Shown here piece after piece: positions 52,901 through 64,000 of a DNA stretch of 64,000 nt. Both the position numbers and the translations under genes were made by a program. This stretch comes from Eledone cirrhosa (lineage: Eukaryota), in contig OZ024745.1 of NCBI GenBank assembly GCA_964016885.1, positions 13,020,001-13,084,000 on the forward strand, read 5' to 3'. The notes under the pieces are model-generated. The model was given only the letters and a program-made list of their open reading frames with translations. It was not told where the DNA came from and did not search any database. Position 1 is the first letter of the stretch. Every line of letters starts with the position of its first letter.

Positions 52901-54131
52901 TCTAGGACAGCATTCTTCACCATATGAGATGTCATCTGGTGTACCACAGGGATCTGTTCTTGGTCCCCTTTTGTTTGTGGCATATATTAATGACATAGAT
53001 GCCAACTTACAGAATGCCACGGTACTGAAATATGCAGATGACATCAAGCTGTACCTTGAAATCAAAAGGACTGATCCTGAAATTTACAACTCTTTCCTAC
53101 AATCAGACCTGGACACAATGCAGCAATGGATCACAGACTGGCAACTGAAGCTGGCTGTGGACAAGTGTACCACCATGCATTTTGGAAGGAAAAATCCAGC
53201 GTCCACATACTCCCTCCACAACACTGATATCAAGAAGTCCTCTTGTGAACGTGACCTGGGCATTACTGTCAGCAGCGATTTGTGTTGGACAAAGCATGTC
53301 TCTAAGATTGTCAAGAAGGCCGAGGGTGTCTTGGCATCACTCAGCAAGACCTTTGTTAGCCGCTCTCCAGCCATCTATTTAAAACTGTATGCAGCTATGG
53401 TACGACCACACTTGGAATTCGCATCATCAGTCTGGAACCCTTATCTTGCTCAGAACATTGACCTCCTGGAAACTGTTCAGAGACGTGCAACCAAGCGCAT
53501 ACCCTCCATCAGACACCTACCATACTCTGAACGCCTTGCTTCTCTGGGCATGGATTCATTGAAGCTCCGACGTCTGGCAATGGACTTGGTGAATACCCAC
53601 AAAGTTATTAACCATCTCGCCAATTGCAACTCTGAGCACCTTTTTGATCTCCATGTGTCTAACACACGAGGACATGCCTACAAGATCAGAAAACAGCACA
53701 GCTCCCATGACTTTCGTAGACATTTTTTCACGCTCGGAGTTGCTGAAGCATGGAACAAACTGCCTGCGTCAGTTGTTAGCTGCCGAGACACTGCATCCTT
53801 TAAGACACTCATGCTTCCCGAAATACGCCAAGGCTACACCTGATGTACCCCTTCCATACACATGCACACATGTGTGTATCATGACTCGTGCACTGTTCAT
53901 TTTACTGATGTTTGTGCATTGCCCTATGTACTGTACATGCACTTTTTTATGAGCTGTGGTGCACCTGGGCACTGTACACAATATTTCATTATTATTATTA
54001 TTATATCATGACTCATACACTGTTCATTTTCCTGACATTTGTACATTATTCTATGTACTATACATGCACCTTTGATGAGTTGTAGTGCACCTGAGCACTG
54101 TACACAATAATTTCATTATTATATTATTATA
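49930..54131 (+). mobile_element. Near full-length CR1-type LINE (Gln-rich ORF1 remnant, frameshifted APE-RT ORF2, duplicated 3' tail)
   Basis: LNARSL, TETW, GDFN, SDH (APE); YLDFAKAF, GVPQGSVLGP, YADD (RT); tail at 53876-54003 repeated at 54005-54131, each ending in (ATT)n. Confidence 0.95.
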
Positions 54132-55039
54132 ACGGAGCCATCCATTTCCACACTGTAAACGTGAAGGCACATGGCTTAGTGGTGAGTTCAATTCTCGGAC
54201 CGGGTGATGTGTTGTTTCCTTGAGCAAGACACTTTATTTCACGTTGCTCCAGTTTACTCAACTGTAGAAATGAGATGATAGGACTGGGGTCCCTATCATT
54301 AAATTACCCAAGACACCTCCAACGAGATATACCTTGGAGGAGACCAGCTAAACCTGCATAGGTGTGAGCTGTCACACACAATGTAAACGTGGTTGGTGTC
54401 AGGAAGGGCATCCAGCTGTAAAATACCCAGCCAAATTTACAGTCTCACCGGAGAAGATACGACACATGGCGAACCATGGCCAAACTTGCCTCCTGGCATG
54501 GACAACCTGTCTAACCCATGCAAAAATGGAAAAATGGATGCTAAATGGTGATGATACATATATATATATATATATATCCCTCCCACATCCCAGCACACAC
54601 TGGATGTGTAAAAGACACACCAAAAAACACCCGGCCTACACTGGACTTGTAAAAGACACAGCAAAAAGCACCCAGCCTACACTGTAAATGTGGTTGGCAT
54701 TAGGATGGGCATCCAGCAGTAGAAAAGCAGCCAGAAACACCCCTATATGAGCGAGACACGGTCACCAGACCCAATTTGCGTCTAAATGGGACCTGGCTAA
54801 TCCATGCTAGCGTGGAAGATGGATGTTAATCGATGATGATGATGATGATATATAATAAAATGTTGTAGTTTGTTTGAAGCATTCTATATAATATATAACG
54901 TTGAAAGAATGCAAAATGGACTGTAAGATGAGGGAAGGAAAAGTAAAAGTTACCTGGTAACTTTTGTTTCATTTTTTTTTTTTCTTTTTTTATCTGTCCA
55001 ATATTTTGGGACCTAAAAGTCCCTTCCTTGGTGTTTAAC

Positions 55040-55735
55040 ACATTAGCATTTACATTACTCTATATATACTATTGTATTTTCATGGTAAAGGCTTTACCTC
55101 ACATAACATTTACATTACTCTATATTTACTATTATATTTCCATGGTAAAGTATTTACCTTACATAGCATTTAGATTACTCTATATATACTATTATATTTC
55201 CATGGTAAAGTCTTTATAACATTTACATTACTCTATATACACTATTATATTTTCACAGTAAAGCCTTTACCTCACATAATATCTCACATAACATTTAGAT
55301 TACTCTATATATACTATTATATTTCCATGGTAAAGTCTTTACCTCACATAACATTTACATTACTCTATATACACTATTATATTTTCACAGTAAAGCCTTT
55401 ACCTCACATAATATCTCACATAACATTTAGATTACTCTATATATACTATTATATTTCCATGGTAAAGTCTTTACCTCACATAACATTTACATTACTGTAT
55501 ATACACTATTATATTTTCACAGTAAAGTCTTTACCTCACATAATATCTCACATAACATTTACATTACTCTATATATACTATTATATTTCCATGGTAAAGT
55601 CTTTACCTCACATAACATTTACATTACTCTATATACACTATTATATTTTCACAGTAAAGTCTTTACCTCACATAACATTTACATTAATTTATATATATAC
55701 TATTATATTTCCATGGTAAAGCCTTTACCTCACAT
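55040..55735. repeat. AT-rich minisatellite, alternating ~59/70-bp units
   Basis: Repeated ACATTTACATTACTCTATATATACTATTATATTTCCATGGTAAAGTCTTTACCTCACATA. Confidence 0.92.
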
Positions 55736-56625
55736 ATGTCACAATATCGAATCTATGAGATTTTGATATTATTTATATTGAGAACAATATCTTTAATATC
55801 AATAAGAGTGGCCAGTTACAGCCAGTTTGAACAGAAAAAGGGGACAGAATTCTGGCCAGTTATGACCAGTTTAAATGTTAAAGGGTTAAGCAACTTTCAG
55901 TGGATAATGTTCCAATTTCCTCTCTTTGGGATTAAATTTTGCTTTTGATTAAAATTTTTTCTAAATCATTTTCAAGCATTTTATAAAACTGATGGAAGCT
56001 GTGGAGTAAGAAGACATAGGATGAGGTGATAAAAGCTGACCTCACATGTTTGATGGAAGCTATGAAGTAGGAAGACCTAATTTGAGGTTATAAAAGCTGA
56101 CCTCACACAATTGTTCTTCTCAAATACAATGACACAGGATCGAGATCTTTGGTGTTATACAGTAATATAGAAGACCAGCCTTCCCTAGCATTGGTATCAA
56201 TGACTCCAGCATGGACATCAATACACATCTATATATACACACCTAACATATAAAAGACCCCCATCAGTCACGAATGACCATGTGATTTGCAACTAGAAAG
56301 TTCCCCTCCGAGGCACAAGTCTGGTTGTTTGAGGAAGATCAGCAGTCACCCAAGTATACCAGTCTACCCTCTCCACGCCACTGATGTTGTCCAAGGGAAA
56401 GATAATGGCTGATACAGCTTGGCAGCAGTGACATCACAACATACACTATATATATATTATATATACACTGTGTACAGTATATATACACTATATATATATT
56501 ATATATACAGTGTACAATATATATATACACTATATATGATGTCCAAGAGAAAGGTAATGGCTGTTGTAGCTTGGCACCAGTGACATCACAACATATAAAT
56601 ACACTATATATATATTATATATACA

Positions 56626-57227
56626 CTTCGGTTCATTCATCTATATATCTTACAGTCCCCCAGAATCAAAAATTGTATTCATAATTGTCTTTCTATAATT
56701 CTGTCTCACTGTTGTTCTAAAAAATAAGTCTGCTCCTCGGTTCTTTCATCTATATATCTTACAATCCCCCAGTATCAAAAACCGTATTCATAATTGTCTT
56801 TCTAAAAATCTTCCCCACATTGTGCTAAATAATATTCCTGCAACCATTTTGGCCGAAAAATTTTGCCAGGTTTTATTGGGATGGCCTCTCTCTCTCGGCC
56901 TGCTGAAATCGCCTCTCACCCTCTAACCCTCTCACTCTCACTATCATATACGCTGCTCTCTCACTCCCTGCCAACCAAATATAAATAAGTCTTGTTACGG
57001 GGGACTAAACTCAGAATTTGTCAACTATTATTGATGGTCGCTCGCTCGTTCAGTCTACTTCTAAGAAATGTAACGTACATATCTCATTTTCTTCTCAACT
57101 CTCCACCCAACCCTTCGGTTCATTCATCTATATATCTTACAGTCCCCCAGAATCAAAAATCGTATTCATAATTGTCTTTCTATAATTCTGTCTCACTGTT
57201 GTTCTAAAAAATAAGTCTGCTCCTCGC
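56626..57227. repeat. ~113-bp direct repeats directly upstream of the RTE element
   Basis: 56626-56739 is nearly identical to 57113-57227, with a partial diverged copy at 56738-56805. Confidence 0.8.
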
Positions 57228-57229
57228 GA

Positions 57230-60200
57230 ACTACCCAATACCCCTCCCTCCCGCCCCCACTCACCACCTTATTATTTGGACCAATCACAAGTAAACGACC
57301 TATGCTAGCACTTCTGGTTGCTTTTCGATATGATGGATGAACTAGGGAATTGCTGGAGAGTAAGAAGAATCTGGACACCCGAAGACAATGCAAAAGATAA
57401 CGACAAATTCACCTCATGCTGCCGGACGAAAGGGCAAGGCCCCACCCTCTTTGTTGCGGCCGCGGATGGCCAACATAACCCCAACCCCATCCACCTCACC
57501 CCTCCCTGCACCCCACCCACCAAACGCAATCCAAAACTTCAGAGTTGGTACCATGAATGTAGGGACCTTAAAAGGCCGCTCTAACGAGGTTGTAGAAATG
57601 TTTGAACGTAAGGAGGTTGATGTCTGCTGTATCCAAGAGACCAGGTGGAGGGACGGGTCTGCTAGATTCATTGTGGGTAAAAAACGATGCTATAAGCTTT
57701 TCTGGGTGGGGTAGGAATCATGTTAGCAGAAAAATGGGTGGATAAGATAATAGACGTAAATAGAGTAAACGACAGAATAATTAAAATAAGACTTGTTCTA
57801 AATAGAACTACTGTGACGATAATATCTGCATACGCGCCCCAATCCGGACTGCCTGGCGCTATAAAAGACACTTTCTATGAGACACTGATGCTCACTACCT
57901 CCCAAATAACCGACAGTGACTATATTATTATTGCTGGCGACCTAAATGGTCACGTTGGACAACATTGTGATGGCTATGATGGAATCCACGGAGGCTATGG
58001 GTTTGGTACTAGAAATGAGGAAGGCTCCAGAATCCTGTGACACAAATAACCTAACAATCTGTAACACTAACTTCAAAAAACGAGACAATCACTTGATCAC
58101 CTACAGATCAGGGGAACATACCAGCCAGGTAGATTATATCCTTACCAGAAGACGTGACAGAGTGTCTGTTGTAAACACCAAATCCCTCCCCCATGAAGAA
58201 TGCACCTCCCAACACAGACTGATAATTAGCGACTTCATAGTCAGGACGAGACGTACCCGACAGCAGAAGAGGACTATCCTCAGGAGAAAAATATGGAAGC
58301 TAAAGGACCCTACAGCCAGAAATAAATTTCAAAGCATATTACTTGATGCTTTCGACAGTAAGGAAGAGCATTTAGAGTCGTACAATATAGAGGAACAGTG
58401 GGAATTCCTGAAAGCAAACCTGCTGATGGCGGCAGACGAAGTCTGTGGCCGGAGCAGGCCTATAGGCAGGAGGAGAGTAACATGGTGGTGGAACAGTAAG
58501 GTGGAGGAGTCGATTAAGGCCAAAAAGCAGGCTTGGAAAGTATGGCGGGATGGGGGAAGTAGAGAAGACTATCAAGTGGCCAGGAGGGAAGCTAGGAGAC
58601 AAGTGTACTTCGCAAGAAGGGAAGCAGAGGAAAGAAAGTTCAAGCATGTTCTACAACGCGAGGACCAAAAACGTGAGGTGTTCAGGATTGCTAGGCAATG
58701 TGTTAAGGAAAACCGTGATATTGTCGGGGAGAAGTGTGTACTAAATGATGATGGCGTACTTGCCATCACTGACGCTGATAAGAAGGTAGCTTGGAAGTGT
58801 CACTACGAAAGGCTACTAAATGAGGAGAATAAATGGGAGAAGAATAGTCTCCCCCAGATCGATCCAATAGAGGGACCAGCAGTGTTAGTTGAAGGTAGTA
58901 AAATAAGTAAGGCAATCAAAGATATGAAGACGGGTAAGGCGCCTGGGCCTTCGGAAATAGTTGCTGAGATGCTGAAAGCCTCTGGAATGGTGGGACACAC
59001 CATGGTCACCCAGATAGTAAACCAAGTCATACAGAATGGGTTTGTTCCGAAGGACTGGCGTAGCAGCATCATCATTAACTGTTACAAGGGTAAAGGAGAC
59101 GCCCTAGATAGGAGTAACTATAGAGGCATTAAATTAATCGACCAGGTCATGAAGGTCACGGAAAAAGTAATAGTGCAACTAATCAGAGAGAGAATTGATC
59201 TAGATGAAATGCAGTTCGGGTTTGTGTCAGGCAAAAGTACCACAGACGCTCTTTACATTGTACGACAACTACAGGAGAAGTACCTAGCTAAAAGTAAACC
59301 CCTATACTTAGCCTTTGTCGACTTGGAGACAGCGTTCGACAGAGTCCCCCGTTCCATTATCTGGTGGGCTCTTAGAAAACTAGGTGTTGATGAATGGCTT
59401 GTGAGAGCTATACAAGCCATGTATAAAGAAACAGTCAACAAGGTTAGAATTAACAACGAATATAGTGAAGAGTTTAGCGTAAAAGTTGGTGTTCATCAGG
59501 GCTCTGTTCTTAGCCCCCTACAATTTATTATTGCCCTACAGGCTATAACAGTGGAGTTCAAGACCGGCTGCCCATGGGAACTCCTATACGCAGATGATCT
59601 AATGCTCATAGCTGAATCAATGGCCGAGCTAGAGAAGAAATTCCAAACATGGAAGCACGGCCTAGAATCAAAAGGCCTTAAAATTAACCTGGCTAAGACT
59701 AAAGTTCTAGTTTGTAGGAAAGAAAATAAGGCGGCGGTCCCTTCCGGGAAATGGCCATGCTCAGTGTGTAGGAAAGGCGTAGGTAGAAACTCCATTTTAT
59801 GTCCCAAATGCAAAGTATGGGTGCATAAAAGATGTAGTGGGATCACAGGTAAGCTAACTAAGAACATAGATTTTACATGTGGCCGGTGCTCTGGTGCAAT
59901 AAGTAGCAGCAAGTGCCCACAAAATACTAGCTCTTTTAATTGCGCAGAGGGTCCTATAGAAATAGTGGACAGCTTCCATTACCTGGGTGACAAAATCAGC
60001 AGTGGGGGTGGGTGCTCTGAAAGTACAGTAGCTAGAGTCAGAACTGGATGGAAAAAGTTGAGAGAGCTTATACCACTATTAGCCGCTAAAGGGTTCTCCC
60101 TAAAAATGAAAGGTAGGCTGTATGATGCCTGCATATGAACAGCAATGTTGCATGGCAGTGAGACCTGGGCATTGTGTGCAGAGGATATACGCAGACTAGA

Positions 60201-60545
60201 GAGGAACGAAGCTTGCATGCTCCACTGGATGTGTAATAGTAATATACGCGAACGGCAAAGCATAAACGAACTAAGGGAAAAATTAGAAATAAGAGGGATC
60301 AGATGTTGTTTAGTCGAGAGAAGGCTACGTTGGTATGGTCACGTGATGCGCATGAAAGACGACAGCTGTATAAAAAAGTGCAGGGCAATAAAGATAGACG
60401 GTAGCCACGGAGTAGGCAGACCCAGAAAAACCTGGGACGACCTGATAAATTCCAACCTCACACACTTATACCTCTCCAAGACAATGTCACTGGACCGAGA
60501 TCTTTGGCGGTACTCAGTAATAGAGAAGAGCCGCCTTACCTGAAA
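57230..60545 (+). mobile_element. Near full-length RTE-clade LINE (APE, RT, Cys/His finger), with a few frameshifts
   Basis: VGTMNVGTL, IQETRW, SAYAPQ, GDLNGH, QFGF, AFVDLETAFD, GVHQGSVLSP, YADD, CSVC..CPKC..HKRC..CGRC. Confidence 0.95.
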
Positions 60546-60619
60546 TACAAAGTAAAACCTACTACAGTCAGTAGGCATCTCTAACAACCCTGTGATGATA
60601 TATGTCATGATGGCTACCT

Positions 60620-62893
60620 ATCTCACGATTTCCCACTCACCACCATTGGCTATTTGACCAATCAAACCTCAGCAACATGTCCTTACCCATTACCAGCCCC
60701 AACAAACTCTGCCATTACTCCTACTGTCCTTCTAGTCCTGCACCAAAGAATTTTTGTTTACCGTTATCTATGGATAAATGCAACAACCCTGAACAAATAA
60801 ATGAATATGAATCCATGGGTTACCAAGCACCCATGCGAAGCTTTAATTCAGAGACAGGAAGCATACACACTCCCCTGCAAAAATTCACCCTTTTTCACAA
60901 ATGATGGGAAATGTCCAAAACTCTGAGTTGGAACCATCAACGTAAGCACAATGAAAGGAAGAGCAGGAGAAATTGTAGAAATGCTAGAGTGAAAGGAAAT
61001 TGACGTATGCTTGAGGTGTTCAAGATTGCGAGGCAGTGTGTCAGAGAGAATTGTGATGTCATTGGAGAGAAGTGTATCCGGAATGATAAAGGTGAGCTTG
61101 CCCTCACAAGTGCTGAAAAGAAAGATGCATGGAAGAGTCATTATGATAGATTACTAAATGAGGAGAATACATGGGAAGAAGAGACCCTACCCCAAGTAGA
61201 CCCTATAGAAGGGCCAGCAGTACAAGTCAGCAGCAGCGTAGTAAGTAAGGCAATTAAAGATATGAAGATGGGGAAGGCAACCGGTCCATCGGGTATAGCT
61301 GCCGAGATGCTGAAGGCATCTGGGTCTGTAGGCCACACTATAACCACACATATTGTTAACCAGGTAATACTAGAAGGTGTCATACCAAAAGATTGGTGCA
61401 GTAGCATCATTGTCAACTGCTACAAAGGTAAAGGTGATGCACTCGATAGAGGAAACTATAGAGGTATAAAGCTGATGGACCAGGTCATGAAAGTAACAGA
61501 AAGAGTTATAGCACAGTTGATTAGGGACCGGGTGTAACTAGATGAGATGCAATTTGGGTTTGTACCAGGAAGAGGCACCACTGATGCCCTCTTCCTTGTG
61601 ATGCAGTTACAGGAAAAAAAGTACCTAGCTAAAAGTAAGCAACTCTACCTGGCATTCGTCGATCTCGAGAAAGCCTTTGACAGAGTTCCACATACTGTAA
61701 TCTGGTGGGCTCTTAGAAAACTAGGAGTGGATGAATGGCTTGTGAAAGCTGTACAAGCCATGTATAGGGGAGCAGTCAGCAAAGTTAGGATTAGCAATGA
61801 GTATAGCGAGGAATTTAGCATACAGGTTGGGGTCCACCAGGGCTCTGTTCTTAGCCCTCTCCTGTTCATCATAGTCCTGCCGGCAATAACGGAGGAGTTT
61901 AAGACCGGATGCCCATGGGAACTCCTATATGCTGATGACCTCGCACTTATAGCTGAATCTATGATAGAACTAGAGAAGAAATTCCAAACTTGGAAGCAGG
62001 GACTAGAAAGAAAGGGTCTCAAAGTCAACATGACAAAGACTAAGGTTCTTGTAAGTAGACGAGAAAACAGAACCCAGATCCCCTCAGGGAAATGGCCTTG
62101 CTCAGTATGTAGGAAAGGTGTAGGTACGAACTCCATTCTCTGCCCCAAATGCAAACAATGGGTACACAAGAGATGTAGCGGGATCTCAGGAAGCTTAATT
62201 AAGAATGTAGGCTTCACATGCAGCAGCTGTACTGGGACAGCAAGCAGCAAACAGCCACAGGAAACAAGTACCACCAATCTCTGGGAGGGCTCTGTAGAGA
62301 CAGTAGACAGCTTCTGCTACCTAGGTGACCGAATTAGCAGCGGAGGTGGGTGTTCAGAAAGTACAATAACTAGGGTAAGAATGGGATGGAAGAAGTTCAG
62401 GGAACTACTACCACTGCTAGCTGCAAAAGGCTTCTCCCTCAAAATGAAAGGCAGACTGTATGATGCGTGTATCTGAACAGCAATGTTACATGGTAGTGAG
62501 ACCTGGGCGCTGAAGGTGGAAGACTTACGTAGATTAGAGAGAAACGAAGCCTGCATGCTCCGATGGATGTGTAATAGTAATATACGCGAACGACAAAGCA
62601 TAAATGAATTGAGAGAGAGACTGAGCATAAGAGGAATCAAATGCTGTGTGCAGGAGAGACGGTTGCGTTGGTATGGACATGTGATGCATGTGAAGGATGA
62701 CAGCTGCATAAAAAGGTGCAGAGCACTAGAAGTCAATAGAAACCGCGGAGTGGGGAGACCCAAGATGACCTGGGATGAGGTGATAAAAGCTGACCTTACC
62801 CAATTACACCTCTCAAAGGCGATGACACACGACCGTGACCTCTGGCATCACGCAGTAATACAGAGTACCCGACCTCTCATGGGTACAAGCTGA
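60620..62893 (+). mobile_element. Second RTE copy, with most of the endonuclease and linker deleted
   Basis: VGTINVSTMKGR..EIDVC joins directly at ~61010 to LEVFKIARQC; RT motifs are otherwise recognisable. Confidence 0.93.
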
Positions 62894-63196
62894 AGCATAT
62901 AGACAATATTCCCCCACACCCTCCCACTGCAAGGTGGTCGTGGAGGTGCCACGGCACAAAAACACCCAGCCCACACTGTAAAGTGGACATGTAGGCGCCA
63001 CGAAAAAGCATCCAGCACTCACTGTAAATGAGGTTGGTGTTAGGAAGGGCATCCAGCTGTAGAAATCAAGCCAAATGAGTTCCTGTATGAGCAAGGCATG
63101 GTAAGCCGACCAGACACTGCCCACAACAGGACAACCCGTCTAACCCATGCTAGCATGGAAGAACGGACGTAAAACGGTGATGATGATGATGATGTG

Positions 63197-64000
63197 TGCA
63201 AGAGACTAGATGGAAAGGAGAGTTTGCTAGAGTGTTTGTAGGCAAAAATCAGTGCTATAAATTTTTCTGGGTGGGAAATGACAATGGGATGGGCGGTGTA
63301 GGTATACTATTAGCTGACAAATGGGTAGATAAGGTAATCTCAGTGAACAGGGTGAACGCAAGAATCATTAAACTCAGCTTAGTCCTGAATAAAACAATTG
63401 CTACAATCATATCAGCTTACGCACCCCAATCGGGGTGCCAGACAAACTTAAGAATAGGTGTTACGAGTCCTTAATGCACACTACTGGCCTAACAAGCAAC
63501 AATGACTTCATAATTATTGCAGGGGACTTTAATGGACATGTTGGGAAACACCGTTACGGCTTCTATAGAGTCCATGGAGGCAATACAAGTCAGGAGCAGT
63601 ATAGTAAATAAGGCAATTAAAGATATGAAGACTGGGAAGGCAAACGGTCCATCGGATATAGCTGCCAAGATGCTGAAAGCATCTGGGTCGGTAGGTCAAA
63701 CCATAACCACACGTATTGTTAACCAGGTAATACTAGAGGGTGTCATACCAAAGGATTGGTGCAGCAGCATCATTGTCAACTGCTACAAGGGTAAAGGAGA
63801 TGCACTAGATAGAAGAAACTATAGAGGTATAAAGCTGATGGACCAGGTCATGAAAGTAATGGAAAGAGTTACAGCACAGTTGATCAGGGACTGGGTAAAA
63901 TTGGATGAGATGCAGTTTGGGCTTGTGCCAGGAAAAAGCACCACTGATGTTCTCTTCCTTCTGAGGCAGTTACAGGAAAAGTACCTAGCTAAAAGTAAGC
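63197..64000 (+). mobile_element. Third RTE copy, internally deleted, running off the window
   Basis: QETRW..SAYAPQ..GDFNGH joins at ~63583 to the pre-RT region KAIKDMKTGKA. Confidence 0.9.

Overview
Repeat-dense, AT-rich eukaryotic DNA, most likely from an octopus or another coleoid cephalopod. This is inferred from the SINE types, the [10 protein letters not shown]-type C2H2 zinc-finger genes and the (TA)n/(CA)n load; no search was run. Host genes: the last two exons of a PLP-dependent Ser/Thr dehydratase or racemase-family gene (+), one C2H2-ZNF gene (-) and a decayed ZNF paralog (-). The rest is mobile or repetitive: a 49-bp satellite with a fold-back inversion, a ~9.4-kb higher-order array built from a foldback element, a ~4-kb TTAGTG-like array, RTE, CR1 and Tx1 LINEs, hAT and mariner elements, MITEs and SINEs. 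The main signal is a cluster of type I hammerhead ribozyme motifs, read by eye, from several unrelated families. They occur in inverted Penelope-like pLTR pairs (one pair flanking a GIY-YIG ORF), in a 375-nt direct-repeat unit and as solo copies, and several have a U.U pair closing stem II. Five RTE copies also share an in-frame TGA at the same codon. Repeat boundaries are approximate unless TIRs or TSDs are quoted.
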